Under the pieces are notes generated by a model. It worked only from the letters and a program-made list of their open reading frames with translations. It had not been told where the DNA came from and did no database searches. 64,000 nucleotides of DNA, from assembly GCA_016432525.1 (NCBI GenBank), contig CP066693.1, positions 849,639 to 913,638 of the forward strand. Direction: 5' to 3'. The stretch is from Candidatus Woesebacteria bacterium (GTDB taxonomy: Bacteria > Patescibacteriota > Microgenomatia > UBA8517). Positions 1-10,323 of the stretch are shown here, one piece after another. How positions within the stretch are numbered: the stretch's first letter is position 1; every line of letters starts with the position of its first letter. Both the position numbers and the translations under genes were made by a program.

Positions 1-503
1 CCAACAACTAAAGGGATGATATAATGCTGTGAATTATTGGTAATTTCCATTGTCCAGCGATTTATATATCCAACATCTCCCCACCCTGCACATTTACAAA
101 CCTCAATAAAATTCCTCCCCCATGACGATCTTGCCTTCATCATAGTAGTTACTCCATTTCTTCCTCCTATGTACTCACGAGTATGGCACAAAAATGTCTC
201 CCCGGGTGGAATCAAAATTACTAAATCTTTTTTAGAAATCCCAATTGGCAGTTTAACTCCATGATCACAAAAATATTTAAAAGCATTGGTAGCCTTTTGA
301 GGTTTTCCCCAAATCCTATTAACTTCCGCCTCACCCCAAGGGCTATAAATTGCATACCCCGGATCAGGCATTTGTTCACGATAAAAGTATTCGCCCAAAG
401 TCACATCATATGAAGCACTTCCCAAATTTTTGGGATCATACGGATCAATAATAATATTTCCCTTTTTTAAATTTTGAAGTATGAATTTATCTGAAAGTAA
501 CAT
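1..503 (-). CDS. dcd: dCTP deaminase; the C-terminal end runs off the window start
   Basis: Minus-strand translation from the ATG at 503 reads MLLSDKFILQNLKKGNIIIDPYDPKNLGSASYDVTLGEYFY..., which matches the dCTP deaminase/dUTPase-fold N-terminus. The ORF runs past coordinate 1. Confidence 0.7.
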   Translation of the reverse strand, partial: MLLSDKFILQNLKKGNIIIDPYDPKNLGSASYDVTLGEYFYREQMPDPGYAIYSPWGEAEVNRIWGKPQKATNAFKYFCDHGVKLPIGISKKDLVILIPPGETFLCHTREYIGGRNGVTTMMKARSSWGRNFIEVCKCAGWGDVGYINRWTMEITNNSQHYIIPLVV

Positions 504-506
504 AAA

Positions 507-827
507 TCAAGAAGCTTTTTTAAGGACTAGCTCTCCAAACTCAGCCAAAAAAACAGGAATTTCATGGTCCTCAAATACAGGAAATTCAGAAATACCAATA
601 TTTCTCATTTTCTCAGCTAAAGTTTCTCCTCTTACATCCTGTATCTCAAAACCATTCGTAAGTACTCTTTTGGCACAGTTTACACTCTCAGTTTTATCTC
701 CATCATAATAAAGCCTCAATTGTTCAAAATAAGTTCCACCATCTTGAATTTTGCCGATTTGATATAAGGTAACAGCGCTTCCTTTGATTTGCGCTTCTCG
801 TATTGGATGTATATTTCTCTCTGACAT
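507..827 (-). CDS. hypothetical protein (106 aa)
   Basis: ORF whose stop lies 4 bp upstream of the dcd start, giving an operon-like arrangement. No recognisable motif. Confidence 0.4.
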   Translation of the reverse strand: MSERNIHPIREAQIKGSAVTLYQIGKIQDGGTYFEQLRLYYDGDKTESVNCAKRVLTNGFEIQDVRGETLAEKMRNIGISEFPVFEDHEIPVFLAEFGELVLKKAS

Positions 828-879
828 ATTTATTTGTTTCCAAAAATCAGGGAAACTAAGTAGTATATATGAAGTCTAA

Positions 880-2829
880 TTACTTAGCAAGTGCAATTTT
901 TTCTTCAGGTTTTTTCCATGAAGCAAATTTACAATCAGGGTATCTAGAGCATCCATAAAACTTTCTTCCTTTTTTAGTTCTCTTCAAAATTACCTCACCT
1001 TGTCTACACTCAGGACACTTCATATTAATTTTTTCCATATATTTTGCAGTATATTTACAATCTGGAAATCGAGAACAGCTTATAAATTTTCCAAACCTTC
1101 CAACTCTTACAACTAATTCTCCTTCTTTACATTCCGGACATTTCTCGTTTAACTTTTCAGTTTCAATCTTTACTCTGTCAGCCTTTTCAGCATCACTCAA
1201 TTTCTTATCAAATGGCGTGTAAAAATCCTTAATTTCTTTTTGCCATTTTGTTTTTCCATTAGCAACCGAATCCAGTTTATCTTCCATTTCAGCAGTAAAA
1301 GAAAAGTCAACAACTTCGGCAAAATTGTGAAGTAAAAAGTCAGAAACAGCCATTCCAACTGAAGTCGCAAAAAACTTCCCTTCATTTTTCTCTACATAAC
1401 TCCTCAATTGAATTGTTGAAATAATAGGAGCATAAGTCGAAGGCCTTCCAATCCCCAACTTTTCCAAAGTTTTAATTAAAGATGCTTCGTTGTATCTGGC
1501 AGGCGGCTCTGTAAACTTCTGAAACGGGCTAACCTTGATCAAATCTAAACTTTCATCTTTCGAAACATCAGGCAAGTTTACCTCATCACTTACGATTGGC
1601 ATAACCTTTCTCCATCCATCAAATTTCATAATTTGTCCAGAAGTTCTAAGCTCATATTTGTCTGCCTGAACAATAATCACAGTTTCGTCATAAATACTCG
1701 CCGCCATTTGGCATGCCATAAACCTTCTCCATATAAGTTGGTAAAGTTTTAACTCAGTTGGGTCTCCTTCAATCAAAGTCTTAAAAACATCGGTTGGTCT
1801 TATTGCCTCATGCGCCTCCTGTGCGACTTTTGATTTAGTTTTATAAAATCGTGCCTTTTCAGGTAAATAATTTACCCCAAATTCTTTTTCTATAAATTTT
1901 CGAGAGGCAGTTATTGCAACAGCAGAAATATTTGTAGAGTCAGTTCTGTGATAAGTGATAACTCCATTTTCATAAAGTTTTTGAGCAACAGCCATTGTTC
2001 TTTTGGCACTCCAACCAAAGGCTCTTGCCGCAGTCTGGCTCATGGTTGAAGTAGTAAGCGGAGCATATGGATTTTTGGAAATTGTTCTCTTTTTAACATC
2101 AAAAACTTTGTAACGAGCTTTTTCCAAACCAGAAATTACATTATCCGCTTCTTTTTTATTGTCTATTTGTGCTTTTTTGCCATCAATTTTTGTCAGTTGA
2201 ACTGTTATTTTTAGTTTTTCCTGATCTTGCGAAGCAAGATCGACATATACTTCCCAATATTCAATAGGTTTAAATGCATTAATCTCCCGCTCACGCTCAA
2301 CAATAAGTCTCACCGCAACTGATTGAACGCGCCCAGCAGAAAGCCCGCGCCTAACTTTTTTCCATAAAAGCGGTGAAAGTTTATACCCTACTAATCTATC
2401 CAAAACTCTTCTTGCAATCTGAGCATTTACCAAATTTTCATCTATCTCGTGAGGGTTTCTTATTGCCTCCTCGACTGCGCCTTTTGTAATTTCATGAAAT
2501 ACGATTCTTTTTATATCTTTTTTATCAATTTTCTTCTCTTTTAAAATCTCCAAAACATGCTGTGAAATTGCCTCTCCTTCACGATCAGGATCGGATGCCA
2601 AATAAATCTTTTCCGCCTTCTTGCTATCTTTCAAAATTGCAGATATATATTTCTTTTTGTTCCCAACCTCTTCATATAAAGGCTCAAAATTATGATCAAT
2701 ATCAATAGATAACTTTGATTTTGGAAGATCTTTAATATGCCCTCCAGTTGCATCAATTAGATATTCTTTTCCCAAAAATCGAGAAAGTGTCTTTGCTTTA
2801 GTCGGTGACTCAACAATTATTAAATTCAT
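880..2829 (-). CDS. topA: DNA topoisomerase I
   Basis: N-terminal TOPRIM (IIVESPTKAKT...DREGEAIS), a central topoisomerase IA core, and two C-terminal Cys4 zinc ribbons (CPECKEG...CSRFPDC and CPECRQG...CSRYPDC). Confidence 0.95.
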   Translation of the reverse strand: MNLIIVESPTKAKTLSRFLGKEYLIDATGGHIKDLPKSKLSIDIDHNFEPLYEEVGNKKKYISAILKDSKKAEKIYLASDPDREGEAISQHVLEILKEKKIDKKDIKRIVFHEITKGAVEEAIRNPHEIDENLVNAQIARRVLDRLVGYKLSPLLWKKVRRGLSAGRVQSVAVRLIVEREREINAFKPIEYWEVYVDLASQDQEKLKITVQLTKIDGKKAQIDNKKEADNVISGLEKARYKVFDVKKRTISKNPYAPLTTSTMSQTAARAFGWSAKRTMAVAQKLYENGVITYHRTDSTNISAVAITASRKFIEKEFGVNYLPEKARFYKTKSKVAQEAHEAIRPTDVFKTLIEGDPTELKLYQLIWRRFMACQMAASIYDETVIIVQADKYELRTSGQIMKFDGWRKVMPIVSDEVNLPDVSKDESLDLIKVSPFQKFTEPPARYNEASLIKTLEKLGIGRPSTYAPIISTIQLRSYVEKNEGKFFATSVGMAVSDFLLHNFAEVVDFSFTAEMEDKLDSVANGKTKWQKEIKDFYTPFDKKLSDAEKADRVKIETEKLNEKCPECKEGELVVRVGRFGKFISCSRFPDCKYTAKYMEKINMKCPECRQGEVILKRTKKGRKFYGCSRYPDCKFASWKKPEEKIALAK

Positions 2830-2869
2830 GTGTTTAATTTAAGCAAACTGGGAGTATAGCAAACAAGTA

Positions 2870-3448
2870 CTAATATGACAAACTTTCAACATATTCAATT
2901 AAATCAGAAGGTGCTCTTACAATCCTTGCTCCATTTTCAACTAGAAAATAACCAACTTCGCTAAATGGATCATTAATTGGTCCCAAAATTACAAATACTT
3001 CTCGCCCTAAATTTGCAGCCGCAGCGGCAGTTGATAAAGTTCCACTTCTTCTTTTTCCTCCAACAACTAAGACAGCCGAAGACATCTCGGCAATAATTTT
3101 ATTTCTAGCCAAAAAATTTTTTCCCAATGGCAGTGTACCGTCAGGAAATGGCGATATTACCTTTCCATGTTTTTTAATTCTTTCAGCTAGATCTTTATTT
3201 TCAGGAGGATAAATTATATCTTTACCTGATCCTAAAATTGCAATCGTTTCTCCACCTGCATCAAGCGCCGCCTTATGTGCAACAGTATCAATTCCGCGGG
3301 CAAGCCCTGAAATAATAGTAATTCCATTTTTGGCAACTTCATACGAAAATTTATATGCAATTTTTCTCCAATAATCATTTGTCTCGCGTGAGCCAACTAT
3401 CGCAATTGTTTTTTTGTACTCTTTCATGGATTGTTTCTTAAATTCCAA
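2870..3448 (-). CDS. dprA: DprA/Smf-like DNA-processing protein (short form, Rossmann-like domain only)
   Basis: IAIVGSRE...GIDTVAHKAAL...TIAILGSG...VVGGKRRSGTLSTAAAAANLGREVFV is typical of the DprA core. dprA next to topA is a common arrangement. Confidence 0.75.
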   Translation of the reverse strand: MEFKKQSMKEYKKTIAIVGSRETNDYWRKIAYKFSYEVAKNGITIISGLARGIDTVAHKAALDAGGETIAILGSGKDIIYPPENKDLAERIKKHGKVISPFPDGTLPLGKNFLARNKIIAEMSSAVLVVGGKRRSGTLSTAAAAANLGREVFVILGPINDPFSEVGYFLVENGARIVRAPSDLIEYVESLSY

Positions 3449-5016
3449 TAGTCAAAAATTTTTCTTGCAATTGGGGCAGCAACAACAGACCCCTCCCCTC
3501 CTTTTTCAACTAAAACTGTAACAACAACTTGTGGATTATCAGCCGGACCAAAAGCAGAAAACCACGCATGAGTTTTGTCTTTTTCGTCTGTTTCAGCAGT
3601 ACCAGTCTTACAAGCAACCTGAGGTTTAAAATCAAAAAATGGAAAGGCTGTACCCCCTGAACTACAAGCTCCAATCATTCCTTCTTTAACAATTTCTAAA
3701 GTCTCTTTACTTATACCTAAATCAGTGCAATCAATTGAAAGTTTGGAGTTTAAATAAGGTTTACAAAGTTTTCCACCATTGGCCACAACTGATGTAATAA
3801 TGTTTGCTTGAAGTGGGGTCGCAGTCAAATCTCCCTGTCCAATTGCCATATGATAAGTATTTCCCAAAAACCATCTCTCCCCTTTTACATCATTTTTCCA
3901 TTTAGGGTCAGGAACAATTCCACCCGCTTCTCCTGGCAAATCAATCCCCAAACTTTTTCCCAATCCAAATTTATGAGCCCAAAAAGCAAGTCTATCAACT
4001 CCAACCATCTCTCCAAGTTTATAAAACATTGTGTCAGTTGATCTGGCAATTCCTTTAACTAAATTTATAACCCCTTCTCGTCCTCCATATTGAGTAAAAT
4101 ACCAGTTGGTATAAGAAAAATCCCCAATTTTAATTATCCCTTCATCATTATATGTAAAATTGCGATCAATTTTGTGATCTTCCAAAGCAGCGGTAGCTGT
4201 CACAATTTTAAAAACAGATCCAGGATGAAACGTACCACTTATACTTCGATTAAAAAAAGGAAGATCAGAATTTGTCAAACCAGAAGAAATATTTGTTGGA
4301 TCAAAAGAAGGGGAAGAATACATAGAAAGAATCTGGCCTTTTCCATCACTTACAACAACAGCTCCTTTTTTGTCTCCCAATGCCTCAGCTGTTTTTTTCT
4401 GAATTCCAACATCAATAGTAGTATGAATATCAGATCCCACAATTGGCTCTTTCATTCCCAAAAGTCGCACAAATCTACCCAAAGAATCAACCTCCATTAA
4501 CGCCTCACCGTCAATTCCCCGTAAAGTGCAGTCATACTCTTCTTCCAAACCAGTTCTTCCAGTCAAATCTCCAAGTTTTCGCGCTCCTTTGTCTAAACAA
4601 TTTGGATCAACCTTGGAAACTTCACTACTATTAACTTCACTCAAATACCCAGAAATATGAGAAAATTTATCTTCCAGAGGATATATTCTCTCTGGCTCTG
4701 TAATAATCTCTTCAGGTCTCGCATTTCCCAAATCTGTAACTTTTGTGTATCCTCCTGATTTTTTAAACTCAATCCTCTTTTTAACTTCATTATTGGAAAC
4801 CAACTCCTCGCCTCCCCGAGCAAGTATTTTTCCTCGTGCTGCTGTAATCGAAATTCTTCTTATTCTATTTTCATCAGAAAGGCTGCGAAAATACGATCCT
4901 TTTATGATTTGAAGCTCAAAAAGTCGAACACTTAAAACCAAAAAACCCAAAGCCAAAAATCCTCTCAAAGCCCATGTAAGCCAGCTTAATTTTTTCTCTT
5001 GGTTAAGCTTTTGCAT
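3424..5016 (-). CDS. mrdA: penicillin-binding protein 2-type peptidoglycan transpeptidase
   Basis: N-terminal TM anchor, SxxK (GSVFK) and KTG (KTGTAE) motifs, and a location downstream of mreB. Confidence 0.85.
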   Translation of the reverse strand: MQKLNQEKKLSWLTWALRGFLALGFLVLSVRLFELQIIKGSYFRSLSDENRIRRISITAARGKILARGGEELVSNNEVKKRIEFKKSGGYTKVTDLGNARPEEIITEPERIYPLEDKFSHISGYLSEVNSSEVSKVDPNCLDKGARKLGDLTGRTGLEEEYDCTLRGIDGEALMEVDSLGRFVRLLGMKEPIVGSDIHTTIDVGIQKKTAEALGDKKGAVVVSDGKGQILSMYSSPSFDPTNISSGLTNSDLPFFNRSISGTFHPGSVFKIVTATAALEDHKIDRNFTYNDEGIIKIGDFSYTNWYFTQYGGREGVINLVKGIARSTDTMFYKLGEMVGVDRLAFWAHKFGLGKSLGIDLPGEAGGIVPDPKWKNDVKGERWFLGNTYHMAIGQGDLTATPLQANIITSVVANGGKLCKPYLNSKLSIDCTDLGISKETLEIVKEGMIGACSSGGTAFPFFDFKPQVACKTGTAETDEKDKTHAWFSAFGPADNPQVVVTVLVEKGGEGSVVAAPIARKIFDYWNLRNNP

Positions 5017-5077
5017 TAGCTTAATTATAAAGCCGCCTTGCTTTCAATAAAGATCCAAAGCGGCCAACTAAAATAAC

Positions 5078-5575
5078 CTATTTAGAGATTGCATACCCCA
5101 ATACACCATTTATATTTCCTTCTTCACCACATCTTCCAAAAAACCACAACAAATTTTTTCCGTCAATATATGTCCATATTATGCAACTATATGCACGTCT
5201 CGTACTATGAGAGAACACAAAATCACACTCAAAAAATCCTTCAGAGTATTTACATTGACGATCTATTACAAAAACCCCAAACGCGTCGGATGGAAAACCT
5301 AATCCGTCCGAACAAACTACATACACATAAGAATCTGTTCTGACAATAGGACAAACTTTACCTTCACTTAATCGAACTTGTTTATTATTAATTTCAATTT
5401 TTGGATCCTTATAAGATGAATATAATGATTTGGGAAAGTAAATAGCCTCATTTCTTGAGAGCAAAATCACGAAAGCCAAAACTAAACTAGACAAGACAAA
5501 AACACCAAAAAAGATCTTTGTAGCTTTCGGAAACATTTTCCTCTCCTTTCTCTCGAATTTCAAAGGACGCGCCAA
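5078..5575 (-). CDS. hypothetical membrane-anchored Cys-rich protein in the MreC/MreD position
   Basis: Single N-terminal TM segment. Lies between mreB and PBP2 where mreC/mreD usually sit, but shows no sequence similarity I can confirm. Confidence 0.35.
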   Translation of the reverse strand: MARPLKFERKERKMFPKATKIFFGVFVLSSLVLAFVILLSRNEAIYFPKSLYSSYKDPKIEINNKQVRLSEGKVCPIVRTDSYVYVVCSDGLGFPSDAFGVFVIDRQCKYSEGFFECDFVFSHSTRRAYSCIIWTYIDGKNLLWFFGRCGEEGNINGVLGYAISK

Positions 5576-5590
5576 TTCTACTACCTAAAT

Positions 5591-6637
5591 TCAATTAAAT
5601 CCACTTTTAACCTTAAGTCGTTTAAGAAGATTTTTATCCTCCAAAACTTTTCCACAACCCCTGACAACACAAGTTAAGGGGTCATCTGATATATAAACTG
5701 GCATATTTGTAATCTCCGATATAAGCCTATCTATTCCAGGTAAATTTGCTCCCCCGCCAGCCATAATAATTCCAGTATCCATAACATCAGAAATAAGCTC
5801 GGGAGGTGCTGATTCAATTGTCTCTTTTATATTCAAGCAAATTTCTAAAAGCACAGAGGAAAGTGCCTCTCTTACCTCATCAGAAGAAAACTTAATTGAT
5901 TTTGGAAGTCCTGTTTCCAAATCTCGCCCACGAACAACAAAAAACTTTTCTTTTTCAGATGGATATGCTGATCCAATTGAAATTTTTACATTCTCAGCAG
6001 TAGGTTGCCCCAATAAAAGTGAGTATTTAAGTCGCGCATAGGCAATTATCGCCTCATCCATCTCATCCCCTGCAGTACGAATTGATCTTCCAACAACTAA
6101 ACCCCCCAAAGAAATAAGCCCAATTTCAGTTGTTCCACCACCAACGTCAACTATAAAAGAACCAGTTGAATCCTCTATGTTAATCCCTGCTCCAATCGCA
6201 GCAGCCATTGGCTCTTCTATTAAATGTGCTTCCCTTGCTCCAGCAGCTATCGCAGCTTCGGCAACCGCTCGTCTTTCTACTTCAGTAACTCCTGACGGAA
6301 TCCCAATTACAATCTTAGGTCTTGGAATTTTTGGAATAATTGTTCCCGATTCGTGAACTTTTTTAATATAATAGGAAAGCATTGCATAAGTTGCATCAAA
6401 ATCAGAAATCACCCCATCTCGAAGTGGTCTTATCGCCTCAATTGTTGCCGGTGTTCTTCCAACCATTTTTTTTGCAGTTGTTCCAATAGCTAGTACTTCT
6501 TTTGTCTTTTTATGTCTTGCAACAACTGACGGCTCTCGAATCAAAATTCCTTTTCCCGCAACATAAACCAAAGTATTTGCAGTCCCTAAATCGACTCCGA
6601 TATCATGAGAAAAAAGTCCCAGTACTCGATTAATCAT
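5591..6637 (-). CDS. mreB: rod shape-determining actin homolog MreB
   Basis: DLGTANTLVYVAGKGILIREPSVVA..., an actin-fold phosphate loop, and 348 aa length. Confidence 0.95.
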   Translation of the reverse strand: MINRVLGLFSHDIGVDLGTANTLVYVAGKGILIREPSVVARHKKTKEVLAIGTTAKKMVGRTPATIEAIRPLRDGVISDFDATYAMLSYYIKKVHESGTIIPKIPRPKIVIGIPSGVTEVERRAVAEAAIAAGAREAHLIEEPMAAAIGAGINIEDSTGSFIVDVGGGTTEIGLISLGGLVVGRSIRTAGDEMDEAIIAYARLKYSLLLGQPTAENVKISIGSAYPSEKEKFFVVRGRDLETGLPKSIKFSSDEVREALSSVLLEICLNIKETIESAPPELISDVMDTGIIMAGGGANLPGIDRLISEITNMPVYISDDPLTCVVRGCGKVLEDKNLLKRLKVKSGFN

Positions 6638-6661
6638 CGAAGAAAGTATAACATTAAAATC

Positions 6662-8653
6662 ATGAAAAAAATTACTTCCCTCCTTTTTAACATTCTGTTT
6701 TTGATTACTCCGTTTGTTGTTTACTCAAAAACTTCTGAACTTTTTGAATTCAATAAAATGGTCTTTATTTATTTGCTTACAATTCTAATAGTTGCAAGTT
6801 GGGTAATAAAAATGATTTTGGAAAAAAAATTTATCTTCAAAAGAACTGCTCTTGATATTCCACTTTTACTTTTTTTATTAAGCCAAATTATTTCAACTCT
6901 ACTTTCAATTAATCCTCATACTTCAATTTTTGGATACTACTCCCGTTTTAACGGAGGTTTACTTTCTACCATCTGCTACCTACTATTATATTGGGCTTTC
7001 GTTTCAAATTTAGATCAAACTCAAACAAAAATTTCTTTAAAACTTGCTTTAGTTTCGGGAAGTCTTGTTGCCCTCTATGCCATACTTGAACATTTTGGTC
7101 ATAGTATAAGCTGCGCCATCTTTACTGGAAAATTTGATGATGATTGTTGGGTTCAAGATGTAAAGCTTCGGGTCTTTGCAACATTAGGCCAACCAAATTG
7201 GCTTGCAGCTTGGATAGTTGCCCTAACCCCAGTAACTTGGGCCTTTACCTTAGAATCAAAACTAAAAACCAGAAAGTCCTTTTTGTATATTTTCTTGTCA
7301 ATTTTATTTGTATCAACTTTAATATTTACAAAATCAAGATCAGGATTTTTAGGTTTTTTTGTTGAATCATTAATTTTTGCAATATTGACGCTCAAAAATT
7401 ATCCCAAAAAATTAATTGTTATTGCATTTTCTGTTTTTTTGACTTTCATAAGTTTTGGTTCTCCTTGGACTCCATCCATCTCTCAATTTCTTGACAAAAA
7501 ACCAAAGACGCAAGAAACAGTTCTGCCTACTGTCACTAGTCAATTAGAGGCGGGTGGAACAGAATCAGGAGACATCAGAAAAATTGTCTGGAAAGGGGCA
7601 CTTAGTGTTTTTACTCACTACCCAATATTTGGAACAGGTGTCGAAACTTTTGCTTACTCCTATTATCAATTTAGACCAATTGAACACAACTTAACTTCAG
7701 AATGGGACTTTCTATATAACAAAGCTCACAATGAATATCTAAATTACATGGCAAATTCTGGAATTTTAGGAATTTCCAGCTATCTTGCTATCATTTTATT
7801 TAGTATTTTTGTATTTTTAAAAAACAGAAAAAATATTTTCTCAATAGCTCTTCTTTCTGGATTTGTCTCTCTTCTGATTTCGAATTTTTTTGGCTTTTCA
7901 GTAACCCTTACAAACCTTGAACTTTTCTTGTTTCCCGCAGTCGCTATTTGTTTATCTCAAAAATCAAAAGAAAGAAAAATAAATTTTAAAGAAAACGATT
8001 TTTTACAAAACTCCCTTTTAGTGGTGGCACTTCTTACAAGCTTCTATATTATTTTTCTGATTGGAAAATATTGGTATGCAGATATTCTCTATTCTAGAGC
8101 CCGTACTTTTAATAATAGTAATCACCCCGAAAAAGCCATCGACGATCTAGACAAAGCAATTTATCTAATCGCAAACGAGCCAAATTATCATATGGAATTA
8201 GCCCAAAGTTATGCTCAAATTGGCCAGAAAAAGGTGATAGCTGAAGAGGCAGTAAAAGAAGGCCGTCTCGCACTTTCTTTAAATCCAGTAAGCATAAATC
8301 TAGTAAGAAGTCTTTCCAATGTTTACACCAAATTATCAAGCATTGATCCTCAATATCTAAATGATTCAGTAGATATTCTTAAAAATTCAACGGAAATCGC
8401 CCCTCACGATCCAAAACTTTATTTTCAGCTAGGTCTTTCCTACGGCAGAATAGAAGATGTAAAAAATTCAATCGAAAATCTCAAAAAAGCAATAGATTTA
8501 AAGCCTGATTACAAAGACGCTCGGCTCGCTCTTGCAATAGTCTATGAATCCGCAAATCAAAAAGATGATGCCAAGAATCAACTTGAATATATCCTAAAAT
8601 ACATCGCCCCAGGTGATAAATTTGTCAAAACCGAGTTAGAAAAGCTAAAATAG
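6662..8653 (+). CDS. polytopic membrane protein with an O-antigen ligase (Wzy_C)-like core and C-terminal TPR repeats
   Basis: About 10 TM segments followed by a TPR-like repeat region (AIDDLDKAIYL...LKKAIDLKPDYKDARLALA). The ATG at 6662 is preferred because the 6605 start would overlap the mreB end. Confidence 0.6.
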   Translation: MKKITSLLFNILFLITPFVVYSKTSELFEFNKMVFIYLLTILIVASWVIKMILEKKFIFKRTALDIPLLLFLLSQIISTLLSINPHTSIFGYYSRFNGGLLSTICYLLLYWAFVSNLDQTQTKISLKLALVSGSLVALYAILEHFGHSISCAIFTGKFDDDCWVQDVKLRVFATLGQPNWLAAWIVALTPVTWAFTLESKLKTRKSFLYIFLSILFVSTLIFTKSRSGFLGFFVESLIFAILTLKNYPKKLIVIAFSVFLTFISFGSPWTPSISQFLDKKPKTQETVLPTVTSQLEAGGTESGDIRKIVWKGALSVFTHYPIFGTGVETFAYSYYQFRPIEHNLTSEWDFLYNKAHNEYLNYMANSGILGISSYLAIILFSIFVFLKNRKNIFSIALLSGFVSLLISNFFGFSVTLTNLELFLFPAVAICLSQKSKERKINFKENDFLQNSLLVVALLTSFYIIFLIGKYWYADILYSRARTFNNSNHPEKAIDDLDKAIYLIANEPNYHMELAQSYAQIGQKKVIAEEAVKEGRLALSLNPVSINLVRSLSNVYTKLSSIDPQYLNDSVDILKNSTEIAPHDPKLYFQLGLSYGRIEDVKNSIENLKKAIDLKPDYKDARLALAIVYESANQKDDAKNQLEYILKYIAPGDKFVKTELEKLK

Positions 8654-8657
8654 CTCC

Positions 8658-9188
8658 ATGATCCTGAAAATCACAGACGTTAAAGATCCAAAATTACGCT
8701 TAAAATCAAAACCCGTCATCAAATTCGACAAAAAAATAAGACAGTTAATTTCTAACATGAGGGAAACTCTTATCGCCCAAAAAGATCCAGAAGGAGTTGG
8801 TCTTGCTGCTCCTCAAGTTGGAAAAAGTATCAGACTTTTCATTATAGATTATCGAAAAGAAAAAAAAGTCATCATAAATCCTGAAATAATTTCAGTTTCA
8901 AAAGAAAAAAAAGCCCCAAAAACCAAAAACAAAGATAGCATTTTAGAAGGTTGCCTTTCTCTCCCTCATTATTACGGCCCAATAAAAAGGTCACAAAAAA
9001 TAAAAATTAAGTATCAAAATTTGGATGGAAAGCTCGTTTCTGAAGAATTTACTGGATTTATAGCCCAAATTATCCAACACGAAATAGATCATTTAAACGG
9101 GGTCTTATTTGTAGATAGGATTCTTGAGCAGAAAGCCCCCCTTTATAAATTCGAAGGAAAAGATTTTGAAGAAGTGGAACTAATATGA
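8658..9188 (+). CDS. def: peptide deformylase
   Basis: Motifs GVGLAAPQVG, EGCLSLP and HEIDHLNG. Confidence 0.9.
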   Translation: MILKITDVKDPKLRLKSKPVIKFDKKIRQLISNMRETLIAQKDPEGVGLAAPQVGKSIRLFIIDYRKEKKVIINPEIISVSKEKKAPKTKNKDSILEGCLSLPHYYGPIKRSQKIKIKYQNLDGKLVSEEFTGFIAQIIQHEIDHLNGVLFVDRILEQKAPLYKFEGKDFEEVELI

Positions 9189-10033
9189 AAATAATCTTTT
9201 TTGGAACCCCAACATTTGTTCTTCCTATCCTTGAAAAATTGAACAAAAAATATAATTGGACAAACCACAAAGAATTGGTTGGCGTTGTCACACAACCTCC
9301 TCGCCCAGATTATTCAGCAGTCGATAAGTTCGCCCACAACCATAAAATTTCAATTTATTATGACCCTAAAGAAATAGAGGAAGCAGATTTAGGAATTGTT
9401 GCCTCCTACGGCAAAATCATTCCAGAGTCAGTCATTAAAAATTTCAGATTTGGAATTTTAAATATTCATCCCTCACTTCTTCCAAAGTACAGAGGCGCAT
9501 CTCCAATTCAATATGCAATTAAAGAAGGAGAAGAAAAAACAGGAGTAACAATTATTAAAATGGATGAAAAAATGGATCATGGTCCAATTGTTTCTCAATT
9601 TACTGAAGAAATACAAGAAGATGACACTCAAGAAACCTTAAGAGATCGCCTGTTTGAAAGAGCATCCGAATTTCTAATTGAGCTAATTCCAAATTATATA
9701 AATGGAAAAATAAAACTAGAGCAGCAAGATGATTCAAAAGCAACTTTCACAAAAATAATTACCAAAAAAGACGGATTTCTAAATCCCAAAGATTTACTTA
9801 GCAAAGAAAAATCTCAAGAAAATTTTAATCTAATTCGGGCAATGTATCCTTGGCCAGGAGTTTGGACAAAGGTTTACTTAACTCCCAACTCTAAAACTTC
9901 AAAAATATTAAAATTATTAAAGTCTCACTTGGAAAAAGAAAGGTTGATTATAGATGAAGTTCAACTCGAAGGAAAAAACAAAGTGACTTTCAAACAATTT
10001 CAAGAAGGCCACCCAAATTACAAACTGGCCTGA
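9185..10033 (+). CDS. fmt: methionyl-tRNA formyltransferase
   Basis: N-terminal formyltransferase fold (IIFFGTP...HPSLLPKYRGASPIQ). A 4-bp ATGA overlap with def gives the classic def-fmt pair. Confidence 0.9.
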   Translation: MKIIFFGTPTFVLPILEKLNKKYNWTNHKELVGVVTQPPRPDYSAVDKFAHNHKISIYYDPKEIEEADLGIVASYGKIIPESVIKNFRFGILNIHPSLLPKYRGASPIQYAIKEGEEKTGVTIIKMDEKMDHGPIVSQFTEEIQEDDTQETLRDRLFERASEFLIELIPNYINGKIKLEQQDDSKATFTKIITKKDGFLNPKDLLSKEKSQENFNLIRAMYPWPGVWTKVYLTPNSKTSKILKLLKSHLEKERLIIDEVQLEGKNKVTFKQFQEGHPNYKLA

Positions 10034-10275
10034 AGCTGAAATCTTTGGCTTGAAAGCTTATTGTCTTTTCTAAACTTTTTAATACATTTAGCGCAAAGAT
10101 TCATTTGATAAGCTGTATTACCCATAACAATGGTAGTTTTTTGAATATTTGGTTTAAAGGTTCTGGAGGTTTTATGGGCACGTTTTCTCCAGCGCTTACC
10201 AGCAACTCCACGATGGTGGGTTTGAGTGCGCCCATAAACAGTCTGTTTTCCGCAGTTCATACAAAAAGATGCCAT
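10018..10275 (-). CDS. rpmB: 50S ribosomal protein L28
   Basis: MASFCMNCGKQTVYGRTQTHH...TFKPNIQKTT...MNLCAKCIKK resembles L28 (MAKxCxICGKxxxxGNxVSHAN...TWKPNLQK...CTRC). Confidence 0.7.
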   Translation of the reverse strand: MASFCMNCGKQTVYGRTQTHHRGVAGKRWRKRAHKTSRTFKPNIQKTTIVMGNTAYQMNLCAKCIKKFRKDNKLSSQRFQLQASL

Positions 10276-10323
10276 AGCCTTAAATTCGTCCTCGTATTAT
10301 AATATAAAAACTTATATTACTCA

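Noticed and set aside
1197-1385. 62-aa ORF inside topA
   Set aside because: Antisense/alternate-frame ORF embedded in a well-supported topA coding region.
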